A stretch of 57,842 nucleotides of DNA, filler included, from Streblomastix strix (lineage: Eukaryota), in the NCBI GenBank assembly GCA_008636045.1. It is 2 parts of 2 records of this genome, joined end to end, with 100 filler letters (N's around TTAATTAATTAA, not from the genome) between each part and the next. Parts side by side here need not be neighbours in the genome. Positions count along the whole stretch, not along the records: positions 1 to 28,890 come from SNRW01000111.1; 1 more part is not named here. The stretch is one strand, 5' to 3'. The position numbers and the translations under genes were made by a program. The notes below the pieces were generated by a model that worked only from the letters and a program-made list of their open reading frames with translations, searched no databases and was not told where the DNA came from. Position 1 is the first letter of the stretch; each line of letters opens with the position of its first letter. This document shows positions 14,240 through 27,309 of the stretch, in pieces.

Positions 14240-15258
14240 ATGACACTGTAAGAAATACAAAACATAACATTTTCAAACTAGGATTTATTAAATGAATATA
14301 AAACACGACCATTAACCTAAAATTCCTTATTCCTCGTTAATGATAATCATTATATAGTTGCAGCTGCTGGTAGTGGTAAAACAACATTAATGTCTAAGTT
14401 AATAGTAATATACTAAAAAGTAACTAATCCGTACATATTATACTTTTCAAATTTTGGTGCTGACGAGATAAATGGCATTAAATCTTAACAGTAAGAATAT
14501 GACGCTGACATATATAACTTATGGGGAAGCAATGTTGTTTTTACCAGAATTTGATGAAATAAATTATTCAACAAAAGAGGTATATACTTGGTACATATTG
14601 CATGAGTAAGGTTTCAAATAAATTAGTGATTTTATTAAAAGAGTCGAAGAAAAAATAATATAATAAAACCTTGCAAAAATCAAATAAATGCCTTAAGTTT
14701 ATTTAAAACTAATTGATGATTTATTCAAATAATATGACATAGAAACCATAAATAAATATAGTTAGCCATTCAAAATATTACGTTTTGATATTCCAGCACT
14801 TATATAAAATATTGGCTTTGAAAAGAAAATGAAGGTAACAAATGATAAACAAACAGCTGATTAAAAAATAATAAATATATCTGTACTTATTAAAGTATAA
14901 TTATTAATTACACTAATGCTTTTTGATGATATTGGAAGTAATGCCGATATCCAACGTTTTAATTCTTCACTCGCTAAATCAATTACCCATTTGGTTTGTG
15001 ATTCAAGGAAATCAAAAAAATACAATATATTTTATAGAATAAAGACCAAGTTATTTGTTTATAACTGCAAGGATATTATCTCATGTTATTGCTATAGGTG
15101 TTTATCTAAAATACAGTGATTAAAACAAGTATATGAAGAAAACACAGTATAATATCTTGATTTTGAAGAGTTTATGCTGTTATATTCCACATAATAAAAA
15201 ACAAGAATTTATTATTCTAAACAAGCTTTTCAGCAAGTATAAAATATAAATAAATTGA
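14240..15258 (+). pseudogene. FtsK/HerA (A32-like) genome-packaging ATPase, copy A
   Basis: Walker A AAAGSGKTT (~14360) and Walker B LMLFDDIG (~14913). Frameshifts present. Confidence 0.85.
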
Positions 15259-15277
15259 TTATTTCTTTATAAATAAA

Positions 15278-15526
15278 ATGATTTAATTATAGTAACTAGC
15301 CACAAACATTGGCCTATAATATAATGCTACGGACTATGAAATTTTCAAAATATTTGAAGCGCTAATAGAAAGTAATGATATAAACGAACAAGAAAAATAA
15401 ATATACAAATAGTTTAAAATTCATTATTGTTTTTAAGAATATATGCACGATAAAACAGTGTATATAATAGAATATATATAATACCTCAATTTATTGATGC
15501 GGTTAAATTCATCTAATAATAATTGA
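15278..15526 (+). CDS. small viral ORF (82 aa), intact in both copies
   Basis: LATNIGLQYNATDYEIFKIFEALIE...; the copy-B homolog at 35720-35968 has the same length. Confidence 0.7.
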
Positions 15527-15977
15527 CCAAACTACTATTTTATGTTTCATTAACAAAGTCATTATACATTTATTTTTCCTATTCATTTGCTTCAGATATA
15601 ATGTATTTCTTTATTTATTATAGCTATTTATTTTAATTCAACTGTGTTTTAATAAAATTGTACTTATTTTTGTAATATTTTTCTCACTCGTTGAACAATT
15701 TATTTGCATAATCTTATTCATCAACTTTTCGCTTTATTTGTTGTAATTTGTTTCATTAATTCATAAACTACTTATTTATTCTTGTAAATTCTTAGAGTAA
15801 TGGGTGTTGTATTATTTCTTTATCTTTTATTAATAAATTTTATAGTTCTTCAATTGTTGCTTTTATCGAATCATCATTTTCAAAATTTGACTTCATTATT
15901 TCATTAAAGAGCTATTTTATAGGGTTTTTATTATCTATTGCAATAGGTGCTTATGCAAAAGGTGCTGGTGAAGTCAT
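15486..15977 (-). pseudogene. coiled-coil viral ORF (copy B homolog ~35928-36383)
   Basis: FE.DDSIKATI..LQ.LL.KDKEII shared with copy B; frameshifted here. Confidence 0.5.
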
Positions 15978-16029
15978 TAATTTAAAAATAAATAACAATT
16001 TATAACAGAAAAGTCCTACAATTCATGCC

Positions 16030-17901
16030 TCATTGAGATACTGACTCTAATGTAATAGGTTTAGCTCGCCAATATACATTAGCTCCATCACAATAGAATC
16101 CACCTTCTGTTCCTGCACTATTTATACCCCATAAAATAGGATTACCTTATGAATAATTAACTGGTCCATTAGTAGCTCCATTTGTTGCTCCAGTTCCAGC
16201 TATTACACTACCATTAAATGTCAATGTGTTTCCATCAGCAGATATTTACAATCCTCTATTATCCATATTTTATTCTGATGTTCTTACTATTAATAAAGAG
16301 CCATCAGATTTTTCATACACAGATCATTAATTAGAAATAGCTCCAGAAGTTGAATTTGGATCGCAACCTATACAAAATAAGGAATAATTGTTTGAAGTGT
16401 TAGCAGTACGTAGTCCTTCGTTTCCGTTTCCATTTTCAGGATTTTTTTATGCTATTCCATTTTATAAAAATGAGAAATTATTTATTATTTCAGTATTATA
16501 TTATTAATTTGGCTTTGAATCTTCTTTTGTTGTAAAAACACATAGTAAAGTATCTACAATTTAATTAGTTAGCATATTAGATACTACAGCAGACCCATAT
16601 ATTATTTGGCTTAATAAATCAATTCTTTCCTGATTGCCTTAATTATCTCCAACTGTCATCCACAATTCTCCATATTTATTTACACCCGAACCATAATATA
16701 ACATAGTCGGCAATCTAAATGATGCATGAATTACTTATTGTAAGAAATGATATGTTATTGAATTTAATCCCATAATATCACAACTAATACGTAATTTAAG
16801 CCCATTGACATTACCCCCAGAATAAAATTTAAATTCTACATTAATATCTCTATAACTGTTATATGCTTCAAATCTACATAATTTTGTATATTTTGCAGTT
16901 ACTCCAACACCTTATGGGAAATTTTATGATTTAATACCGTTTAAATTTATAGTATCTCCATTGGCACATAATATTTCTGAAGATAATCCACCAGTCCTAA
17001 TAAATTTAGTCGCTGTTAGATTTCCATCAAATGTTAACTGTTATGGATTGACAAAGTAATTTCTACAATAATAATCACTGGTACCATTAACAGCAGCTGT
17101 TGCATTTACCATAGGCACATTTGCAGCAGTTGGATCAACATTAAGGGGGTGCTAATTGTTAGACCTAACATAATAATTAAAATTTCCTTTGTTTCCTGTT
17201 TCTGTATCTTTTTGTTGCATATTTGCTACAGTTGGATCCGCATTTAATAGATGTTAATGGTCTGCTCTCGCGTAATCATTCTAAATTAGAGCAACACCTG
17301 TTCCACTATCTTCCAATGGTTTATTATCACTTGCTGAGGTTATCTAAGCAGGTACTATATCACCATAATTATACCAATTAGTTTCATTCATCCATACTGT
17401 TCCTCTTTTTGCACAATAAGCAAAATCACCATTAGCGGAATTAGACAAGTTTTATATAAAACTATTCAACTAATAATAACCTCTAAAATGTATCTATCTT
17501 GCAAGTTCTTACTATATAGTTTATATATCGCTTTTTAATCCATTAATATCTTATTCTACCCCTCATATTGACCACTATAACTAATTTACTTCATTAATTA
17601 ACTGGTTAATTGATGCAACAAAATCAAAGTTTATTACTTTTAGGATCTTTATTGTTCATAGTCCATCTGGTGCTATTTTGAGGGCATAATCAGCTGCATA
17701 ACCATCAACTATTTAATTATTTCTTGCATAAACTAGTGCATTATCATTATCTATAAACAGTTTATATTTATCATTATGCAACATTCCCCCGCTAGAGCTT
17801 CCCCAATTTTAATACTGTAAATATTATGCTATATCACTAGTGATAAACCAACTAACTGTTTGGATTTGTTGCTGCCTTACCTAATTATTTTATGTAATCA
17901 T
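16030..17901 (-). pseudogene. fibre/spike-like protein 1, copy A
   Basis: Coiled coil (GVEQDINGLKSDIQTIQQELARQIHFRGY), YARADHQH-type repeats, one EGLR...RGLQISADGNTLTFNG module and a C-terminal GNPILWG...YWRAKP tip. A few TGAs and frameshifts. Confidence 0.7.
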
Positions 17902-17952
17902 TTTAATTTTACGAAAATAAAGAAATGGATTGCAAAACATTAATCATGCACA

Positions 17953-18159
17953 TCAACGCTTATTTACAAGTCGATCCACAGCTCCTGCACGATTGGCCCC
18001 AGCACCTATTGCTCCACCAATTCCTGGATGGATCATTCCTACAGGGCCTGATATTGTTGATAATACTTTATGAAGAGTTGGTGCTACCGACTACGCAGCA
18101 TGTTTAATATTTGCTTAAAATTTACTTCCAATGTTTGCTATACCACTGAAAAATCCCAT
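17953..18159 (-). CDS. 68-aa Gly/Ala-rich amphipathic peptide, copy A
   Basis: MGFFSGIANIGSKFQANIKHAAQSVAPTLHKVLSTISGPVGMIHPGIGGAIGAGANRAGAVDRLVNKR*; intact, with a same-length homolog in copy B. Confidence 0.75.
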
Positions 18160-18183
18160 TTATTTATTTTTAAAAATATTAAA

Positions 18184-19994
18184 ATGTCGTTCTCAGCATC
18201 GGACAACCTTTAAAGACTATCCAAAATGCAACACTCCGACTACATTAGTGGATACATGCAACTTGGTGAGGTGTTAAAAACACTATCAATTCATGCATAA
18301 TCCTTCGCAATTTCAAAGTAATAATTTTTTTGACTAGCCAGTAAATTAGCTTACATCTTCAGGTGTTAGATATACGCGTGCGCCGTTGGATGCAAGATGA
18401 AAAGCAACTTGATCAATGGTATAAATATACTAAGTTAATTGGACTATAACAATCCCTGCTAATAAATTAGCCATATAATTAAATATGTGAGAAATTTAAG
18501 CTGCGGATATGAATCAATTAAATGTAAGAGTTAATTTTGATGTATAGGCTAACTCACTAGTTGAAAATGCTAGGAATGAGGAATAAGGCAATCAAAAATA
18601 TTATGATAAAACTGCTGATGGTCCTTTAAATAGCGAATATCTTAAGTTTTAGCCTGGTTTTTCCACTGCTTGCGGACCATTTAATTAGCTTGTAATATTA
18701 CGAGATGCTTAAAATTTATGGAATACAGCAATATATGCAAGAGAGTAAGCAGATATTTATTCAAATTCATTAATAGATTTATGCACTAATAATAGCGTTA
18801 GTGTCTCTTTACTCGAGGGTATCATTGCTGGAAAATGTCTTTATGGTGTATTTAATGATATACCAAATTGTGATATAGATAAAGCAGCAACTAACGAAAC
18901 TCCATTTTTTTATATGATTTCAAACGATATAATTTTTAGTCGTGTTTTGGATTTGAACTAGTTGAACCCAATTTTTAACTCATTCCCAGTACAGACAAGA
19001 TACTTTGCATCATTATACTTATAGCTATTGGTGTAGGATTTCGTTTATTATTTAAAAATTGATGGGTTTAACAAATCAGAAGTTATGGGAAAAAATCATC
19101 TGGCATATGCAATGATTCCACCAGAGAAACATGAACTTGTTTATTTATTAAGTAGAGAGGATGATGCTGATCCACTAGCGTTTTCATTGTTTAATGTTAG
19201 ACTTGTTAATATGTAAAATGATCCGAATGATGCAAAAGTACCATAAAATTCCTTCAGTTAAATATCAGAAGGTAAATTTGAAGAGTTAGAAATGTAAAAT
19301 GTATGTTTTAATATAGAAAATGAATAATCAATTATTGAGATGATAAAAGCATAAAGATTAATAAATTTCTTACCCAAGTTATAAGGTCTTAATCTTCAAA
19401 TTTTCCCTTCAGTGGTTTTTTAGCTGTTTCTGGAAGTATATAAAGTATAATGTCATTTGCTAATATAAAGGCACTATTTATGACGTTTGTCAAGCCACAA
19501 TATCCTACTTGGTTTTTCCCTATACTATTTTATAACTTTAATTTAGCTGTTTATTAAAATAATTTAATACCATAACCGTATAAAGCACTGAACTAAGTAA
19601 CTAATATCTAAATGTTTGATTGGTTTGTCGATTAAGATGTTGTAAGTGCTCCGTCAGACATATACCATTCATTTACTTTTGAAAATATAAATGTTGACGA
19701 TAAAGACGACTTTCATGGATTTGTTGACGCTAGAGGTGTTTTAAAAACTAATATCAATATATTTTATATGACAGTTTTATTTAATGGAAATAAAGCTATT
19801 AAAATATTATACCCAAATAAGTATATGCTGGCCTGGAAAATGGCAACTGATGAATCTTTTTATGCGTGGTTGGAACTCTTCAAAAACTGGTGCGAGAACA
19901 AATGTATAAGTGATTTTTGACGGAAGTTTGACTATAGGAATTATAGATACGACATAATTAAATCTTTCACAGAATTAGAATAATTTTTCAGCAA
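18184..19994 (+). pseudogene. putative double-jelly-roll major capsid protein, copy A (C-terminus deleted)
   Basis: Large, well-conserved ORF (MSFSASD...STACGPF...PQYPTWFFP...YPNKYMLAWKMATD). Size and context fit an MCP; the fold is inferred. Confidence 0.7.
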
Positions 19995-20124
19995 CTTTAA
20001 GCTATAAAAATGTCTTCACTTTATTAGTTACTTGATTAGTATGCATATTTACATAATCAATTGAATTTCTGAAAAATTTATTCAAATAGTTGAAGCATTT
20101 TATAATTTTGTTATCAATCATTTA

Positions 20125-20700
20125 TAATAAAGTATTTTTTACTTCGTCTAATTTTGCTACTTTTCCTATATTTTTTATATCCTTTTTAATTATTCTTACT
20201 AATTTTTAAATCGTCCCCATCAAGTAGTGATAAATCGTTATTTAGTAAATTGTTCATTTTATAATCCAAAAATAATGTTATTTGACTCATTCATTAACAT
20301 AATAGTCTATATAATTAACCAAACATTTAATGTCACTTTAACCGAATTTATAATATTTTTTATTAAATTAAATTTATTCAACAGCTTCTTTTAATTCTCG
20401 GTATTTTATTCCTATATCCATGTTTTCACGTAAGACCTTCATTTGTTCAGTATGTAGTTTAAATGTATCTTTTATATGCTCATTATTTCTTTTCTGAATC
20501 ATTATATAAACTAGTTATGGAAAGTAAGGGTTATTTCAATATCGTATTAACAACTTATATTATAGTTTGTTATTTTTACTTAATGTACGTTAATAATAGT
20601 CATCACCACATTAATAAATAGGTTCTACGTATATTTCTTTTGGTATATTTTAAGGACGATAGAGCAGTTTACCTTTTACGATTACAGATTGTGAAAGCAT
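20125..20700 (-). pseudogene. viral ORF of unknown function (copy B homolog ~42050-42672)
   Basis: GKLL..PQNIPKEIYVEPIYQCGDD.YQRTLSKNNK in both copies. Confidence 0.6.
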
Positions 20701-20739
20701 TTTTATAGATAATAAAAATAATAAAAAATTAATTTGAAT

Positions 20740-21400
20740 ATAAAAATTTTCAAAAATCATCTTTTGTAATTTCAGATATTGGAGAATCAGACAAATGAAC
20801 AAAATCCTTGTTAATTCAATAAAGTTTTTCAATGCCATTCTACGGAACGTTATCAATAACTGATATATTAACATTTTTTATTAACTCATCCATAATACGT
20901 ATCAAAACCTTTTTTTTGTAAGGCTTTCCAATACACGAATGTGCCCGCATTAGTGGCTCCATCAGTACAATTTCAATATCGTCTTCATTCTTTTACGTGA
21001 TTAATGCTCACAGTTTAATGAAATTGTCAGAGGAGAAAATAAAATCGTCTCCTCGTTTCCTATTGGTTACCATAGCCCAATTTTTATCAATTATAAACTT
21101 CATCACTTCGAGGTTAAGGTGTGAAAGATAGGTGTTTTTCAATACTTCGTCTGGTTCCATTTATGCTGTTGTTCTATTTACTTCTTTATATTTATTTTTA
21201 TTATATATACGTTTTGGCGTTTCTAGACCTTCAGGTTATTTTCTGGTGCTTCTTGCTGTACTTTAAGGCTCCATTTATTATTGCTGTTAATTTGTTGATT
21301 AATCCACAGGCATTTTTTTTAAACGATTAATAGCCTTATCGATTAGTTAGAGCCTAACCTTGTCCTCATAAGCAATCCCTTTTTTCTTTATATCTGCTAT
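20740..21400 (-). pseudogene. viral ORF of unknown function (copy B homolog 42722-44148, split there by a MITE)
   Basis: EDK.RLQLID.AINR and DDF.FSSDNFIK..ALIT shared. Confidence 0.55.
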
Positions 21401-21478
21401 TTATTGATTACTTTTCGACACTTTTACCTGGTTTCTTTCAATATCCTTTATCATTTTATTTATTTTTAAAAAACAAAA

Positions 21479-21893
21479 ATGGTAATATCGCATGCTCTTA
21501 AGAATTTGATAGAAAACGGGACAAATATTGAATACTTTGATAATGGTTATGTTGTATAGATTAATAAACAAATAAAGGTATACGAGCATGGCAAAAAGCA
21601 ATTACGAAAATTGACAAAAACATAGTAAAATAAGCTATTGCTATAAGCTCGTGGAGGGGGAGAAATAAAGAAAAAACCATCAAAATAAATACCTTAAAAA
21701 TAGGAGGTAAATGATGAAGAAGAATTTTTAAATTATGAACAACAGGAGGAAAGACATAGAGATATATAAGAAGATATGAATGAAAGCGACGATGAAATAA
21801 TTAACTAAAGCTAAAGACCCGAAAGGCCAATAAAATATTAGCGTGAGGTTAAACAATCACATAAAAGAGTTATAATAGCATCAAAATAGCCAT
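21479..21893 (+). pseudogene. truncated copy of the 221-aa charged viral ORF (full length at 44227-44892)
   Basis: SHALKNLIENGTNIEYFDNGYVV...; homology to copy B stops abruptly at ~21893. Confidence 0.7.
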
Positions 21894-22762
21894 GAAATTC
21901 ATATCCATTATATTTATTGGAGGGCTATAAATACAAAACGAGTTTCGAAACATGAAGGGGCGAACTTCTCGCTTAAATACTACTGTGCACTGCCCGAAAG
22001 GAAAGATCGAAGAACCAAAGAAACTTCAAATTGCGATCCAGTGAAAGATAACTGTGCGAAGCTGGATTCAAAACCACTCATTATTCACTGATATTGTGTA
22101 CAGGATTAAACATTTATTATTATTGGCCATTTCACATAACATTCGATATAGCCTTAAGAACTGCTCTTAATAAATATTTAACATTGTTAAATAACAGCCT
22201 TCAATCTATTTTTCTTTATAAAATCGATTTAAAATATTAAAAATCAAATTGCTTTAGAAATATCTAAAGAATGACGAAAATTGTATTTAAATAGCTTAAA
22301 TAAATTATTATATATTATATTTTTTTAAATATTTGGAAAGGAAACAGTCCGAAATTATTAAAAAAAAAATAAAATAAGTCGATTGATTTCATTGTCACAA
22401 CAATTCATTATTTAAATTCGTTTATTTAGCACTTTGGATGTTTATTAATACAATTTATACAAAATAAGATTGTACAACTATTTGTGGTTAAAAATTTGTA
22501 TAAAAATTAGCCAACGCCACGTTTCAAGACTATGAACTTGTTAATATTTTAATTTTTATTCATATAATAATAAATTCTTCTATATAAATATATTTTAGTA
22601 CAATTTAATCTATTATAATTCTCCTATATGATGAAATTTCTATTCCTTTCAAAATTAACTTTTCGCTAATGTTTAATAAGCTCACTCCACTTTCTGATCT
22701 TTTTCTTATGGTTTTTCTTCGTTATTATATTCATGTCTGTTTAATTTTATATATCAGTCTAG

Positions 22763-25700
22763 ATGGCTACAAAACAGTCGCGGCAGATTGAAGAAGAGAA
22801 ATCAGATGAAGAAATTCCGAAGAACGCAGGCTCATAACTAGCAGATGTTGAGACATCTGCTGAAAAATTCTTAGCTGGGCTCCTGGAAGCGCATCCATCA
22901 ACTTTATTGATAACTAGTTCTTAACTGCGCCAAGTTCCACATACAATTCAGATCTTTCACAATACTAGACATGGATTCTACATCTTGACGAAAGATAGAT
23001 CACTGATAGTTAAACACATTAAACGAAACCCATTTGTGACTTTGAGTCTAAGTAGTTAAAATGAAGGAAAACTTGCTATTGCTCAATGCACAGCACATAT
23101 TAGTTCAGACAGAGCTTTCATCAATGAAGTTTGGAGTGATGAATAAATTCAGTTTGGTAATTCTGGTTCTGATGATTCAGAGCTTCGTGCAATTCTCATA
23201 AGTGTTCATTCTATAGATTATGAAGGGAAAACACTTGATGGAGTCCCATTGGATGAATCATTAAACTCTTAAATCCAAGCTGAAACAGATGAAGTTAATT
23301 CTGGGCCATTTCAAACTGAATAAACGATAGAATTACTTTCTTAGATATTTAGTATTGGATAACCAGCTCATCTTATTACATTCAGTGGATTGGGTCATAA
23401 TGACAGAATAATAACAATAAGATATAAATAAGGGATTGGATTATTCGCAGTTTCATCATTTAGCACAAACAAAGTAAAAGAAATTTAAACAGATTCAAAC
23501 ATTGCACTGTTTTATGAAAACAAAGCTGATAATATCCAGATTATAGTAAATGCTGAAGCTCATCCAAACAAATCTCCTGAAATGAAGAAGCAAGTTTGGA
23601 ATGAAGGACTTAAACGATATGGTCTATCTGGAGAATAAGATGAGAGTTTAGCTGTTATAATATTCACTCCTCAAAGAATTGTTAAATTGTCAGGAATAAG
23701 CAACACACCAACTGAACTGATTCTTGGGTAGATAGATGAACATGAATAAAAAGAATACTAACTTGATAAGAATGATGTCTAACAAGTTAAAATGGTTAAG
23801 GATAATATTAAAGAATAAGAAAAACCTCCAATAAATGAAACTGAAAAACAAAAGCAAAAAAGATTAGCACTTGAAGCGAAATAAAAAAAGAAAGAAGAAA
23901 AAAACCAACGAAAAGAAAAAATAAGAAAATAACTTAAGGAATCATTAGAAAATAAAAAGACTGAATTTGAAAGAGGGATGATCTGTCCACTAACAAATGA
24001 ATTGATGCGAGATCCTGTTCTCTTTGAAGATACTTTATTTTATGAAAGATCTGCCATTGCTGAATTTGTCTCATTATTTCATATTAGTCCACTTACTCTG
24101 TTACCTGTGGATCTTGAATGGGTTTGGAATAATGTTGATTCATAATTTAAAAGAGAATCTCCTTCAAATAGCAGGAAAACAGCTAAATTTGAGGTATTTA
24201 CTCCTCTTCAATAGCAGATAACTGGTATGAATCAATATAATCTATATATTTTCATAAATTATAATTATTAATTAATTTTCTGTTTATAAATATCTTATAT
24301 TTTTTATTTTATCCTATTATATTAGAATACTTGAAACAATTCCCAAACCAAAGACCAGAATTGTGGAGTATCATTCAATCATCATCTGACAAACCTCCAT
24401 TTGCTCGATTACTATCTGATGTAAGTTAACGTTCACTAAAGCCAATCCCAAAATAAGAACAATTAATGAAATTAAGTTTTACTAATCCTGAATAGAAATC
24501 AAGTTCATCATCATCATCTTCTTCTTCTTCCAGTTCATCATCAACAATTCTTCCTCCTTATCTTTCTTCACTTCCTGATTATATTACATTAAAAAGATCT
24601 CGCCCTTCAAGAGATTAGAATTCACTATTAGAGAGAATTGCCATTAAAGGCATTTCAGTTAATCAAAAGACATCATCAGTATCTCCAATATCCTTATCTC
24701 CACCTTCTTCTAAATCTTCTCCTCCTCCTTCAACACCTCCTGCTTTTTCTAAAGCTTCTTCTTCATCATCATCATCTTCATCATCATCATCATCATTATC
24801 ATCATCATCATCTTCTTCTTCTTCTTCTTCTTCATCATCACCTCCAAGTCCAGCTGATATATAACAAAATGGTTGGATCAGAAAATTACGTATTGTGAAA
24901 GAAAAAGGAAGAAGATCATGGTGTGTTTAATAGGAGAGATAAAGAGGTAAAGGAACTTCTATGATTAGGAACTTCCATTTATTTGAACTTTATGAAGGAG
25001 AAGTATGCTCATAAAAAGCTCTTTCATAAACAGTTGGAATTGTACCTCAAAAAGATGGAATGCCTGTTGATTAAAAGTATTATGAATGGAAAAAGAAATT
25101 CTATGTTTATCATAAATGGGATGGCAACTAAGACAAAGATTATGGAAGATTTCCTGAGAATGTAATTCGTGGACTGTGCAATTGGATTAATATACGAAAG
25201 AATGAACTATAGCAACAAATAGAAAAACTTGAAAATGGAGAATTTAATGAAGATGAAACAAAAGAAGTAGAATAAGAAGAGGAAGAAGAAGAAGAAGATG
25301 ATGATGATGAATGGGAATATGAAGAAGAAGAAGAAGAAGAATAAGAAGAAGAATTAGATGAAAAGAAAGAAATTGAGAAACTGAAATAAAAACTGAATAA
25401 TAATTTCCTTAAAAGATCTCAATATGGAATCAGACTATTTGGATTTCACACTCTTGATGAAGCATAGGAATGTTTTCGTGCAGAGTTCTATGATACAATT
25501 GGAGAGATCTTTCCAGTATAAAGTGGAGCAGCAAGTGAAGATGAAGCAGATGAAGCATTTTTACGGTATGAAGAAAGAAGGATTAATGCATAAAGCAAAG
25601 GAGGGTTAGGATTATTGAGACGAGATGGACAAGGAAGTGATCCTCGAGATCTTTATGATGATGGAATGGATATTGAATAATATAATTAGAAGACATTTGT

Positions 25701-27101
25701 TCTTAACAACGAGAATCTTTAAGGTCTTGAATTTGCTAATAGCAATGGTCGTGGATTACACTTTGCATCATAAATAGACGTTCAAGTTATTGCAACTGAG
25801 CTTATGGCATATATTAATATGTAGATGTAGGTTGTCAATATGTATTAGTAATAGCAATAACCTAATCAATAGCTTGCATTTGATGGGAATGCTGGACGTG
25901 AATGGTCTTCGAACAATTGGGGATTTTACGAAGCAACTAATCGACTTGTTCGTGCAGCATCTGTAATTTCAAGAATCAAAAGATTGATTGTTAGCACTCA
26001 GAATTTAAGTTAAATTCCAAGTGGTTCATCTATAACATTAGATGATGCAAAGAAACGAATGAAAGTACTCTGTGACAGGTTTAATATAATGTTCCGACTT
26101 CCTGGATTAGAACCGTTAGATCCAGACAATGCTAACAAATAATGCACAGTCAGTACATTAGCACTTGCACGAATGGCAGCTGCTATAGATCCTGATTTCA
26201 CTTAAATTGTTGCAGCAGCTTAGAGATCAGGATATGTTTAGAAATGGGAAGATTCTGAATATTAAACTGCTATTGTTTTCAATCCGATGACCACACATAC
26301 AATCATGCAATGTTTGAATACAACTCTTGAAGCACTTGATCGTGATGACCCATAATATGATCTAATTTCAGAATACTTGAAAAGGAGCATGACGTGTTCA
26401 GAAGGAGGATAAGATGATGGATGTGGACTTGCAAATACGAATACAAATTAAGCTCAATTTCATGGGTAATATCGACGCATTGAAGGAATATATCGTGTGC
26501 GATAACCCGACTTTGATTTTAGATTTCATGAAACAGAGAAAAATGATAATCGTCTTCTTCTTTGGCACGGCACAGGTAAACATTTTTGGTTGTCTGTTTT
26601 AGCAAAAGGATTATTAATGCCTTAATCCAATGCATACACATCATTTAAAGAAGCATTTCCTACTGGGGGCTATGGAATCTTTTTTTCAAGTTTGAATTCC
26701 TTTAATTATTACTATTAAATCTATATTCAAATCTTATAAATTATTTAATTTGATTTATATTCATTTCTTATTAATGATTTTCATTTTATATTCATTCATT
26801 AAATATAGATATGGCAGCCTAATCTATTGGATATTCATAAAAATATGGACCATCTGATATACAATATATGGGATTATTCGATGTTTGCCTTGGATAATAA
26901 GACAATATATACAATAATCAGCAAGCAAATCCACAATCTGGTTATATGTATATTGAGAAAAACCTTCGAATTCCAATTGGCAATCTTGTTGGTATAAAAA
27001 ATTAGAAACTAACACCTGGCACAGTTGTTGGACGATAATATTCTGTTCTAAAGCCTGAATTAGTTCGTCAGATGTACGTAGTACGCCTTCGGATGTGGTG
27101 A
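22763..27101 (+). CDS. host multidomain protein (~1372 aa): 2x FMN-binding split barrel (PNPOx/general stress protein 26-like), U-box, Ser-rich linker, possible WGR-like/regulatory region, PARP-like catalytic domain
   Basis: Exons 22763-24224, 24326-26689 and 26809-27101, joined by two phase-1 GT-AG introns. Motifs: STNKVKEIQTDSNIALFY...KKQVWNEGLKRYG...LAVIIFTP; ICPLTNELMRDPV...YERSAI...SPLT; RLLLWHGT...VLAKGL...GYGIFFSN...SIGYS...FDVCLG...RQYSVL...VRQMYVV. An additional 5' exon is possible. Confidence 0.85.
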
Positions 27102-27309
27102 TTAATTTAATTCGTGATTCTATTTATTATTTGTACCAAATAAATTTCACTTGGATTCGCTTGATATACTAAAAATGAACTTGAATTGAATAATTTGTTT
27201 TATAAAGTCTAATAATGAAATTCTATATGATTTATTAACATTTTATATTTATATTATTTAAAGAGGTAAACGAATATAAAATAATGGTGTTGAAGATGAT
27301 TTCTATATA

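Larger units (their letters stand above)
3669..21893 (+). mobile_element. endogenous Polinton/Maverick-like virus, copy A (left TIR present, right end truncated, genes decayed)
   Basis: AGTAGTAGT terminus, TIR, integrase, pPolB, ATPase, putative MCP and fibre. Colinear with copy B from ~8398 to ~21893. Confidence 0.9.

Noticed and set aside
21976..21986. TAAATACTACT as the right terminus of copy A
   Set aside because: No TIR sequence precedes it, and the following hexamer does not match the left flank.
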